This document shows, one piece after another, positions 29,828 through 38,341 of a stretch of DNA of 64,000 nucleotides. Both the position numbers and the translations under genes were made by a program. The notes below the pieces were generated by a model. That model saw nothing but the letters and a program-made list of their open reading frames with translations. It searched no databases and was not told the origin of the DNA. Each line of letters opens with the position of its first letter. The stretch's first letter is position 1. The DNA lies in NCBI GenBank assembly GCA_963674965.2, contig CAXXFL010000007.1, forward strand, positions 544,001 to 608,000, in the 5' to 3' direction. This stretch comes from a bacterium. Its GTDB lineage: Bacteria > RBG-13-61-14 > DATKZS01.

Positions 29828-30700
29828 TCACGCGAAGCTGAGAACGGCGGTTACGAGTTTATCAGCGATAACTCCGATCGTAAAGTCGATAATGATTAAA
29901 ATCAGGATCGCCGTGACCACCGCCTTGGTGGTCGCCTCGCCCACGCCCCGTGCCCCTCCGCGGCATTTCAGACCGTAATAGCAGGCCACCACCGGCACGA
30001 CCCATCCCAGGGCCAGCGACTTGAGTATGAGGTTTATGAAATCCGGCCAGTTGACGAACTGGTTCATCATGGCAAGGTAGTATTTATAGTTGAAACTCTG
30101 GATGCTGGCCAGGTGCCCCATGATAAATGCGCAAAACAGGCCGATGATGGAGAGGGCCACCTGCATGAGCACGCAGGCCAGGAAGCGGGGGACCACCAGG
30201 TAGTGAATGGGTGACACGCCCATCAGCTCGAGGGCGTCTATCTGGTCGGTGGTTTTCATGCCGCCGATCTCGGCGGTGAACCCGGCGCCGACCTTGGCCG
30301 CCAGCATGGCCGCCACCACCACGGCCCCGAACTCGCGGAAGAACATGATGCCGGCCACGCCGGGGATGAACCTTATATCGTGGATGAGCCGGTCCATCTG
30401 GAAGTCCAGCTCGAGCATGACGATCATGCCCAACGAGCCGAGGGTCACGGCGATGAGGGGAATCGAGTTCCATCCGACCACGACGCACTGCTCGAGAAGG
30501 GCCCGGAAGCGGTAAGGCGGACGGGGAATGAACAGGAGGACCTGGACCAGAAGGGAGACGATGCCGCCCATGGTCTCGAGGAAACCGAGAAGGGCGTTGC
30601 CGATGCCCTCGAAGGTCAGTCCCAGCCGGGCCACGTAAAGTATCTGCATGAGGGCCCGAACGATGGTCCGGACGGCGGGGTATTTGAGGATGGCCGTCAT
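29828..30700 (-). CDS. mlaE: MlaE family ABC permease
   Basis: REFG, TAEIGGMKTTDQIDAL, LVVPR and GVGEATTKAVV motifs. Confidence 0.92.
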   Translation of the reverse strand: MTAILKYPAVRTIVRALMQILYVARLGLTFEGIGNALLGFLETMGGIVSLLVQVLLFIPRPPYRFRALLEQCVVVGWNSIPLIAVTLGSLGMIVMLELDFQMDRLIHDIRFIPGVAGIMFFREFGAVVVAAMLAAKVGAGFTAEIGGMKTTDQIDALELMGVSPIHYLVVPRFLACVLMQVALSIIGLFCAFIMGHLASIQSFNYKYYLAMMNQFVNWPDFINLILKSLALGWVVPVVACYYGLKCRGGARGVGEATTKAVVTAILILIIIDFTIGVIADKLVTAVLSFA

Positions 30701-30701
30701 C

Positions 30702-31553
30702 TCAGCCGAACTCCAGAAGCGACTCGGCCACCTGGAAGGTCAGGCTGGACAGGCCGGCGATGATGTAATCCACGATGAAGATGGCCAGGGAACTGGTGAC
30801 CAGACAGGAGTTGACCGCCTTGCCCACTCCCTCGGTGCCCCCCTCCGTCATAATCCCCTTGTAACAGGAGATGGTTGATAAAAGAAGACCGAAGAGCACG
30901 GCCTTGGCCATGCCGTTGAAAAGGGCCCAGGCCGCGTCCAGGCTCCTGATGCCCGCGAAGTACTTCGAGACGCCCATGTCCGCCAGGATGTATGCCGCCA
31001 GGGCCCCGCCCATGGTGGCGATTATCAGGCCCAGGATGGTCAGGACGAAAATCATGACCGTGACCGCTATGAAGCGGGGAACGATCAGGAACTGGATGGG
31101 GTTGGCGCCCAGGCAGCGGACCGCGTCTATCTGCTCGGTGACCTTCATCGTGCCCAGCTCCGCCGTTATATATGCCCCCACCCGTCCGGCCACCATGACC
31201 GAGACCAGGACCGGCCCGACCTCCCGCAGCAGCCCCGAGGTGGCGATGCCGCCCAGGTACTGGTTGGCCCGGAAAAGGCCGAGGGCGTACTCGAACTGAA
31301 GACCCACGATGGCGCCCACGAAGAGACCGGCGATGATAACGATGGGGACCGACTTGACCCCCACCTGGTAAAGCTGGATCACCAACTCGCCCCACTCGAA
31401 GGGACGCCTGAACATGGACCTTATCACCATCCCGAAAAAAATCACCATGCCGCCCAACTCGCGAAGGAAAGGGCCGAACCAGGTGAACAGGTAACCCACC
31501 AGCAGGAAGGGAAGCTGCCAGAGGCGGTCGAGGAATTTGAGGACGGGACTCAA
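30702..31553 (-). CDS. mlaE: MlaE family ABC permease (second paralogue)
   Basis: REVGPV, TAELGTMKVTEQIDA, LIVPR and GVGKAV motifs. Confidence 0.92.
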   Translation of the reverse strand: MSPVLKFLDRLWQLPFLLVGYLFTWFGPFLRELGGMVIFFGMVIRSMFRRPFEWGELVIQLYQVGVKSVPIVIIAGLFVGAIVGLQFEYALGLFRANQYLGGIATSGLLREVGPVLVSVMVAGRVGAYITAELGTMKVTEQIDAVRCLGANPIQFLIVPRFIAVTVMIFVLTILGLIIATMGGALAAYILADMGVSKYFAGIRSLDAAWALFNGMAKAVLFGLLLSTISCYKGIMTEGGTEGVGKAVNSCLVTSSLAIFIVDYIIAGLSSLTFQVAESLLEFG

Positions 31554-32296
31554 GCTTTGCGTCCTCCCTCGGCCAGGCCCTTTTTGAACTCGAGAACGCT
31601 CTCGCTCGTCGCCTCCATGAACTCGGGCACGGAGCCCACGAAGGAGAACTTTCCATCCCAGAGCACTCCCACCCTGTCGGCCAGGTTCTTCATGCTCATG
31701 AGGTCGTGGCTGACGACTATGGAGGTCGCGTTCATGCTCTCGTTAAGGTGCTTGATCAGGCCGTCGATCTTGCCGGCGGTAAAGGGATCGAGCCCGGTGG
31801 TGGGCTCGTCGTATAAAAGGTACTTGGGGTTCATGACGAGGGTCCGGGCCAGGCCCACCCTTTTCTGCTCGCCGAAGCTGAGCTCGTCGGGCATGCGCTC
31901 GGAGATTTCGGGATCGAGCTCGACGCGGCGGAGGGACTCGGCCACGCGCTCGAATATTTCATCCTCCTCCACGTCTCCCAGCCGCCGGAGGCCGAAGGCC
32001 ACGTTCTCGAACACCGAGTAGGAATCGAACAAGGTGGGCAACTGGAACACCATGCCGCATTTGCGCCGGATGGACTGGAAGTCCTCCTCCTCCCGGCCGG
32101 CGAGCTCCTCGCCGTCCATGCGGATCGAGCCCCCGTCCGGACGGATGAGACCCACCAGCATTCGGATCATAACCGTCTTGCCCGCGCCGGTCTTGCCCAG
32201 GACGAAAAAGGTCTCGCCCTCCTTCACGGCCAGGTCCACGCCGTCCAGCACCGTCTGGCCGCCGAAGGACTTCATGACTCCCTTATACTCTATCAT
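31550..32296 (-). CDS. mlaF: MlaF family ABC ATPase
   Basis: GKTGAGKT, LSFGEQKRV, YDEPTTGLDP and VSHD motifs. Confidence 0.9.
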   Translation of the reverse strand: MIEYKGVMKSFGGQTVLDGVDLAVKEGETFFVLGKTGAGKTVMIRMLVGLIRPDGGSIRMDGEELAGREEEDFQSIRRKCGMVFQLPTLFDSYSVFENVAFGLRRLGDVEEDEIFERVAESLRRVELDPEISERMPDELSFGEQKRVGLARTLVMNPKYLLYDEPTTGLDPFTAGKIDGLIKHLNESMNATSIVVSHDLMSMKNLADRVGVLWDGKFSFVGSVPEFMEATSESVLEFKKGLAEGGRKA

Positions 32297-32362
32297 GTCC
32301 TCGAGGAGCGCGTGACGCCGGAAGCTCGCCGGGCCAACTCGCTTTCCCGCGAAAGTTCGGGG

Positions 32363-33103
32363 TTATGCCATTTCCAGAAATTGCCTTAACTCCTTTCTAT
32401 CGCTTTTCTCGATGTCGCGGGGAGGCCCCAGCTCGATCAGCCTGCCCTTGTAAAGAAGCGCCGCCTCCTGGGCCACCTTCATCACCAGGGGAAGGTGGTT
32501 GGACACCACCACCGCCGACCTGTCCTTTTCCTTGACCTTCTCCGCGATGAGGTCGGCTATAACGTCGGAGGTGATAGGGTCCAGGCCCGCCGTGGGATCG
32601 TCCAGAAAAACCAGGCTGGGTCCGTGGGCGATGGCCCGGGCTATCCCCACCCGTTTCTTCATGCCGCCCGAAAGCTCGCGCGGGTACTTGCCGCCGATGG
32701 GTCCCAGGTTCAACCGCTCGAGCAGGTCGTCAACCTTCTCCTTGATCCGGGCCGGGGGAAGCGACAAGACCTCTTTGAGGGCGAAGCCAACGTTCTCCTC
32801 CACGGTCATGGAGTCGAAAAGAGCGTTCTGCTGGAAAAGCATGCCCACCCGCCTTCTCAACTCCCGCAGCCGAGAGGAGGAAGCCGAAAGGATATCCTCG
32901 CCGAACAGCCTTACCGAGCCATCGTCCGGCTTTAAAAGACCCACGGCCGTCCGCAGCAAGGTGCTCTTGCCGCTGCCCGAGGCGCCCAGAAGGGCAATGG
33001 TATTGCCCGAGGCCAACTCGAGGCTGACGTCCCTTAAAACGTCCCTCCCCCCGAGCGTGATCCTGAGACCTCCAAGGGCCATGGCCGGCGCGGTTTTCGA
33101 CAT
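32363..33103 (-). CDS. mlaF: MlaF family ABC ATPase (second paralogue)
   Basis: GASGSGKS, LSGGMKKRVGIARA and LDDPTAGLDP motifs. Confidence 0.88.
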   Translation of the reverse strand: MSKTAPAMALGGLRITLGGRDVLRDVSLELASGNTIALLGASGSGKSTLLRTAVGLLKPDDGSVRLFGEDILSASSSRLRELRRRVGMLFQQNALFDSMTVEENVGFALKEVLSLPPARIKEKVDDLLERLNLGPIGGKYPRELSGGMKKRVGIARAIAHGPSLVFLDDPTAGLDPITSDVIADLIAEKVKEKDRSAVVVSNHLPLVMKVAQEAALLYKGRLIELGPPRDIEKSDRKELRQFLEMA

Positions 33104-33150
33104 AGGGTAAAATCGTACAACCTGGAGACGCGCCGGTCAATACCCGTCGG

Positions 33151-33888
33151 TCAATAAAGGGTCTTTCTTTCAACCACCTTTCCGATGAGCTGGACCTTTT
33201 CCGGGTCCGTGAAGACCATGTCCGAGTAGCGGGGGTTCAGGGGACGAAGGATGACGATCCTCGAGCCGTCCCGACCCTCGTGGACAACCAGCTTCTTAAA
33301 GGTCGCCTCATTGTCATCCACCAGCTTGGCGATGACGTAGTCGCCGGGAGAGGGCGACAAGTTGGGGTTGACGATCAGCACGTCGCCCTCCTTGAACTCG
33401 GGCTCCATCGAGTCGTTGGTCACGCGGACGCCGAAGAGGTTCCTTCCCTTTCTGTCGGTGTAGACCATCCGGTCCGCCACGCCGGGAGGGTATTCGCCGT
33501 CCTCGGCCAGGGCGAACTCTCCCGCCCTGACCAAGCCCACCACGGGAACGGCCCGGCCGTGGCCAAGATCGGCCGGCTCGAGGTTGTCCAGGTTATCGGC
33601 GTCCTTTATGAAATCGCCCCGGCGCGCGTTTTTTTTGAATATATCCTTGACCTCGCCGGGCGCCTTCTCGTAATGGGCCGCCAGGATAAGGGCCTCCAGG
33701 TCGAGATCGAGGGCCTGGGCGAGTTTGACCACTATTTCGTCGGACGGGACCACCTTGCCCTGGGCTATCTTGGACACGTAGACGCCGCTTACGCCCACCC
33801 GCCGCGCCAGGTCCTCATAGGTAAGGCCCAACTCCAATATTCTTTTCGCGAGTTTCCCGCCGAAAAAGTCCCTCATAACGTCCTCCAA
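33151..33888 (-). CDS. CI/LexA-like repressor (XRE HTH plus S24 autopeptidase)
   Basis: N-terminal HTH; cleavage site VRA-G; catalytic Ser in NDSM and Lys in TFKK; start approximate. Confidence 0.92.
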   Translation of the reverse strand: MEDVMRDFFGGKLAKRILELGLTYEDLARRVGVSGVYVSKIAQGKVVPSDEIVVKLAQALDLDLEALILAAHYEKAPGEVKDIFKKNARRGDFIKDADNLDNLEPADLGHGRAVPVVGLVRAGEFALAEDGEYPPGVADRMVYTDRKGRNLFGVRVTNDSMEPEFKEGDVLIVNPNLSPSPGDYVIAKLVDDNEATFKKLVVHEGRDGSRIVILRPLNPRYSDMVFTDPEKVQLIGKVVERKTLY

Positions 33889-33998
33889 TCCTTTTCAGAA
33901 TAAGCGCTTGCCTGGATATCCAGGCCGCGCGGCGCCTGTCCGCCGATCATGAGTATAGCATAGCTTGACACAAAAGCATATATCCTGTAATTTTCCTC

Positions 33999-34045
33999 TT
34001 GACATTAACTAACATTTAGTTTAGCATCGTTTGCACGGTTGTCAA
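33999..34045. promoter_or_regulatory. Overlapping opposed sigma70 promoters with a central palindromic operator
   Basis: Plus strand TTGACA(33999)-17-TAGCAT(34022); minus strand TTGACA(34045)-16-TAAACT(34023); AACTAA-CAT-TTAGTT at 34007-34021. Confidence 0.7.
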
Positions 34046-34129
34046 GGCCAAGGCCGAAATTATTTTTTTTCCTGACCGACAAAGGCAAGGGGGCAAAAGG
34101 AAAAACCAAAAAGAAAATGGAGGTGTACG

Positions 34130-34513
34130 GTGAAAAGTTTAGATAGGCACAAACTGCGTAATCTTCGGTTATTAAAAGGCTATAGTCTTTCAGTTATGGC
34201 CAGGCTCATCTCTTCCAGGTATGGTTTCAACTTGAGCAAATCGGCTATATCCAACTGGGAAACGGGTCGGACCAAGCCCAGCCTGGACTCTCTGATTATC
34301 GCAAGCGACCTTTTTCAGGTCCCGCTCGACTATTTTCTATCCGACGAATCTAACTGTTTGTTTGATGAAAATATCGGCTTTGACGAGTCGAAATCAACCG
34401 ACGATGACGACGTACATCCAAGTCTCACCAGAATATCGGGGAACCCTGAAAACTTCGCGGCGACCTTGATCTTGGAATCGGCCGCCTCTTCCCCCGGGCA
34501 TATCGAGGGATAG
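34130..34513 (+). CDS. Cro/XRE-like HTH regulator
   Basis: GGAGG RBS and GTG start; LRNLR...SKSAISNWETGRTKP...LFQVPLDYF. Confidence 0.88.
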   Translation: MKSLDRHKLRNLRLLKGYSLSVMARLISSRYGFNLSKSAISNWETGRTKPSLDSLIIASDLFQVPLDYFLSDESNCLFDENIGFDESKSTDDDDVHPSLTRISGNPENFAATLILESAASSPGHIEG

Positions 34514-34515
34514 GC

Positions 34516-34962
34516 ATGCTCTGCCTTGATTGTCCCAATAGGTCATCCTGCAAATACCCATGCCGGAAACTGAGGGAACACCTAAGGTCCCTCGAGGCCG
34601 GCCAGAGGGAAAGGCCCATGAAAAACATCGAGTTGGAAGCGATCCTGGGAAGCGACGGCCCCACCCTTTCCGATATGGCGCCCGATTATCTTCCCGCCAG
34701 GAAAATATTGGACGGAAGCGTTTCCCGACTTCCTCCCAAGCTTTTCGCCCCTCTGGCGCTTCATTACCTGGAGGGACACAGCGTGAGCGAGACCGCCAGG
34801 ACGCTGGGCCTCAACAAGGCCACCGTTAAAAGAAGGAACAAGGCCGCCATCCGCCTCTTAAGGGCCCGCGGACGCTTGGCCCTCCCCGCGGCGGGTCCTC
34901 CCGCGGCGGATGAAAAAACTGGAGGGCTTTGGCCGCGTCGTGGTACAATGTTTGAAGGTTGA
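34516..34962 (+). CDS. Cys4-motif plus sigma70 region-4 HTH protein (lacks sigma region 2)
   Basis: CLDCPNRSSCKYPC; LPPK...HYLEGHSVSETARTLGLNKATVK...AIRLLR; starts 2 nt after the upstream stop. Confidence 0.8.
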   Translation: MLCLDCPNRSSCKYPCRKLREHLRSLEAGQRERPMKNIELEAILGSDGPTLSDMAPDYLPARKILDGSVSRLPPKLFAPLALHYLEGHSVSETARTLGLNKATVKRRNKAAIRLLRARGRLALPAAGPPAADEKTGGLWPRRGTMFEG

Positions 34963-35101
34963 GAAATGTATTTTCATCGCCTGGCGCTAGAGTGATCTCC
35001 CATTTCTCGCCGATTGGCCGGGACCGGATGGGAGCGGGGGTCATCCAGAGTGGACGCCCTTTGCCCAGGGTCCTTCATCCCGATATCGCCTGGAGGAAGT
35101 C

Positions 35102-35785
35102 ATGGCTTCGATATTGATAGTCGAGGACGAGCGACACCTGGCCGACGGTCTTAAATTCAACCTCGAGGCCGAGGGCTACAAGGTCGACGCGCTCGAGACG
35201 GCCGAGCTGGCCCTCGAGATTTACTCCCGATACGACGTGTTGATCCTGGACGTCATGCTGCCGGGCATGAACGGCATCGAGCTTCTCGGCGAGATCAGGC
35301 GGCGGGACCACAAGTTCCCCGTCCTTATCCTCTCGGCCCGCTCCTCGGAGGGCGACCTGGTGCAGGGCCTCGAGGCGGGGGCCGACGACTACATCACCAA
35401 GCCCTTTTCCCTGCCCGAGCTTATCCTGCGGGTAAGGAGGATGCTCGAGAGGCAAAAGTGGTATGACGAGTCCACGGAGCGCCAGTCCCGGTTCTCCTTT
35501 GGAAAGTACTGGATCGACTTCGACGGCTTCGAGGCCAACTCCAACTCGGGCAAGACGGTCCTTACCCAGTACGAGTGCTACGTGATGAAGTACCTCATCG
35601 AGAACCGGGACAGGCCCGTGTCCCGCGAGGAACTGCTCGAAAAGGTGTGGGGATACTCGGTGACGCCCGAGACCAGGACGGTGGACGCCTTTATCGCTCG
35701 GCTGAGAAAGCTCTTCGAGGAGGACAGGAAGGACCCGCGCCATATCAAAAGCGTCAGGGGAGTGGGATACCGTTTCTTCCCCTGA
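35102..35785 (+). CDS. OmpR/PhoB-family response regulator (no adjacent kinase)
   Basis: ILDVMLP, GADDYITKPF, TRTVD and SVRGVGYRF motifs. Confidence 0.95.
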   Translation: MASILIVEDERHLADGLKFNLEAEGYKVDALETAELALEIYSRYDVLILDVMLPGMNGIELLGEIRRRDHKFPVLILSARSSEGDLVQGLEAGADDYITKPFSLPELILRVRRMLERQKWYDESTERQSRFSFGKYWIDFDGFEANSNSGKTVLTQYECYVMKYLIENRDRPVSREELLEKVWGYSVTPETRTVDAFIARLRKLFEEDRKDPRHIKSVRGVGYRFFP

Positions 35786-35803
35786 CGCCTCCCGGATTCG
35801 GTT

Positions 35804-36490
35804 TTATTTTCTGAGCATGTCGATGAAGGCGGCGAGGGCGTCTTTTTGAGTATCGTCCAGGGAAAGGAACTGCACGCCGATCAGGAAAAGGGAGCGGTCG
35901 TTGTCGCGCTCGACCCTCATGACCTTTCCCTTCATTGATATCTTGCCGTTGTCGGGCAAGATGGGCAGCTCGAGCAGGAGTTCAGCCCCCTCTCCCGCCT
36001 GTTCCGAGCTCTCCACTAAAAGGCCCCCCCTCGAGATGTTCCTGGACACGCCCGCAAAGGCCAACGCGGCGGCCGAGCCGGCCACCTTCATCTTCACCGG
36101 GAAACGGTAATGGATTCTTTGAGGAATATTCAGGATATTGGCGGCCTTGGAGAGTATCTCGCCCGCCTCGATGGGCTTGGTCACGTACTCGTCGGCCCCC
36201 GCGGCGAAGCACTTCTCGATGTCCTTTTTGTCCGAGGAGGTGGAGACGACGATAACGGGAATGCCCGCGGTGGCGTCGTCGGACTTGAGGCGCATGAGGA
36301 CCTCGTCGCCCATCATGTCCGGCATTATAAAATCGAGCAAGATGACGTCGGGAACTTCCCTTTTGGCCAGGTCGAGGGCCTGCCCCCCCGACTCGGCCGT
36401 GAATATCTTGCATCCCGTCCTCTTAAAAAAGGTTTCCTCCAGCTTGAGAAAAAGACGAACGTCGTCGACTAAAAGGACCTTCTTCCTCAT
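35804..36490 (-). CDS. Response regulator with a C-terminal PilZ domain
   Basis: Receiver LLVDD...LLDFIMP...VTKP; PilZ motifs QRIHYR and NISRGG; GGAGG RBS. Confidence 0.9.
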   Translation of the reverse strand: MRKKVLLVDDVRLFLKLEETFFKRTGCKIFTAESGGQALDLAKREVPDVILLDFIMPDMMGDEVLMRLKSDDATAGIPVIVVSTSSDKKDIEKCFAAGADEYVTKPIEAGEILSKAANILNIPQRIHYRFPVKMKVAGSAAALAFAGVSRNISRGGLLVESSEQAGEGAELLLELPILPDNGKISMKGKVMRVERDNDRSLFLIGVQFLSLDDTQKDALAAFIDMLRK

Positions 36491-36889
36491 TCCTGCCTCC
36501 ATTTCCAAAGGGGGACCGACGTTGCCCGAAAACCGCATCCTGCCTTGGCCGCGGCGTCATGTCCAAAGGGACCCACAAAGCCCTTGGACGTCCGTCCCGT
36601 CGTTTGGGGGCCAAAGCCCCGCGCTCACAGTCCTTGTCCTGCCGGAATCGCGTTTCCACTCCTTCCCGAGCGAAGGCGAGCCTCCGCGGCCGAGTTTATC
36701 GGAAACGCCGGATCTTTGCCAAGTTCGATTTCGATTATAGTCAACTTGAATTGCAATGGCAACAGCTATTTATACCCAATTATTCACGGGACGAACGCGG
36801 CCGGGTAACGCGCCGCCCTTGGCCTTTTGCCATGCCCTTTTCGATACCCCTCTTGGCCCCGGGCTTTCCCTCCCCTCTAAATGACTCCA

Positions 36890-38044
36890 TTAAAAAGCCG
36901 GGCCCACCGTGTAGATGGCCAGGCAGTCCTGCTTGTTGATTTCGGCTTTTGGCCGCTCGCCGCTAGCCACGCGCTTTACAAGCTCGATCAACTCTTCTCC
37001 CGCCTCCGCCATGGACGCGCCCTCGAGCAGGCGCCCGGCGTTGACGTCCATGTCGTCCTCCATCTTTTGGAAAAGCTCGGAGTTGGAGGCGACCTTGATC
37101 ACCGGGGCGATCGGAAAGCCCGCGGGGCTGCCCCTCCCGGTGGTGAAGATCATGATCTGCGCCCCGCCCGCGGCCATGCCCGTAAGCGAGAATATGTCCG
37201 AGCCGGGAGTATCCATCAGCGCCAGCCCGCGCGCGACCGGGGCCTGGCCGTACTCGAGGACTTCCATGACCGGCGTGGTTCCGCCCTTGATGATGCAACC
37301 GAGGGACTTCTCGGTAATGTTCGTGAGTCCTCCCTCGACGTTGCCGGGGGAGATGACGAGATTGGCCAGAGGTCCCAGGATGTCCTCGGTCTGCTTCCTT
37401 TGCTTCCTGATGAGCTCGACTATCTTCTTTCCCATCTCCTCGTTCTTGGCCCTTCTCGAGAGCACCTTCTCCGTGCCGATCATCTCGGTGGTCTCGGAAA
37501 GGATGGCCCTTCCGCCCTCCCCCACCAGCCAGTCGGCGGCCACCCCCACTAAAGGGTTGGCCGTGACGCCGGACAGGGCGTCCGAGCCTCCGCACTCGAG
37601 CCCGACGGTCAATTCGTCCCACCCGATCTCGGTCCTCTCCTGGGCGGCGGCCTCCCCGAGCAGGGCCCGGGCCATCTCGACGCCTTGGGCGGTCGCCTTC
37701 CTCGTGCCGCCTACCTCCTGTATTACCAGGCTCGAGACCTTGGCCCCGCCGGCCCCGGCCGCGGCCGCCACGTCGGGGGCCTTGATGAACTCGCAGCCAA
37801 GGCCCACCACGACGATCCCGAAAACGTTGGGGTTCATGGCCAGTCCCACCAGGGTCCGCTTGGATATGCCGATGTCGACAAGGCCCCTGCCGCAGCCCTC
37901 GGTGTGAGTGATGGCCTTGACCTCGGGAAGCTCCCGGCCGATGGCGTTAACCACGCCGTTGGCGCAGGAAACCGAGCTCATAACCGCCACGTGGTTCCTG
38001 ACTCCCGCGGCCCCCCTCGGCCTTTTATATCCCATGAACCCCAC
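36890..38044 (-). CDS. UxaA/GarD family dehydratase, large subunit
   Basis: GVRNH, HTEGC, GLGCE, ECGGSD, SETTE, EKSLG and FTTGRG motifs. Confidence 0.92.
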   Translation of the reverse strand: MGFMGYKRPRGAAGVRNHVAVMSSVSCANGVVNAIGRELPEVKAITHTEGCGRGLVDIGISKRTLVGLAMNPNVFGIVVVGLGCEFIKAPDVAAAAGAGGAKVSSLVIQEVGGTRKATAQGVEMARALLGEAAAQERTEIGWDELTVGLECGGSDALSGVTANPLVGVAADWLVGEGGRAILSETTEMIGTEKVLSRRAKNEEMGKKIVELIRKQRKQTEDILGPLANLVISPGNVEGGLTNITEKSLGCIIKGGTTPVMEVLEYGQAPVARGLALMDTPGSDIFSLTGMAAGGAQIMIFTTGRGSPAGFPIAPVIKVASNSELFQKMEDDMDVNAGRLLEGASMAEAGEELIELVKRVASGERPKAEINKQDCLAIYTVGPAF

Positions 38045-38045
38045 T

Positions 38046-38312
38046 TTACCCCTCCTCCGACTTCACGTTGTGCGTATGCACCCAGCGCCCCGGCTCGAGG
38101 TCCTCCCCCGCCACGCCGATGGGCTCACCGTATTTTATGACCCGTTCTCCCGCGGATATCTTTCTCAGCGACACCTTATGGTTGCGGGGCACGTCCTCCA
38201 GGGCGGCGGCCTTCCCGACCCCGGCCCCCACTATCGCCTCCCCCGCCTTGATCTCACGTATGGCCACGGCCACGTTGTCCCCCGGATTGACCAGCACCAC
38301 GTTTACTTCCAT
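38046..38312 (-). CDS. UxaA family SAF-domain small subunit
   Basis: DNVAVA, HKVSL, VIKYG and VHTHNV motifs. Confidence 0.9.
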   Translation of the reverse strand: MEVNVVLVNPGDNVAVAIREIKAGEAIVGAGVGKAAALEDVPRNHKVSLRKISAGERVIKYGEPIGVAGEDLEPGRWVHTHNVKSEEG

Positions 38313-38341
38313 GTCCCTTCCCCTTCCCGAAAAACCATAAC

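Noticed and set aside
33151-35785. Intact prophage
   Set aside because: No integrase, att repeat, replication, terminase or structural genes; flanks are housekeeping.
36423-36659. 78-aa leader ORF
   Set aside because: Poor RBS spacing, overlaps the downstream gene out of frame, low-complexity composition.
36761-36780. sigma54 promoter for the REC-PilZ gene
   Set aside because: GG-to-GC spacing is 9 nt rather than the required 10.
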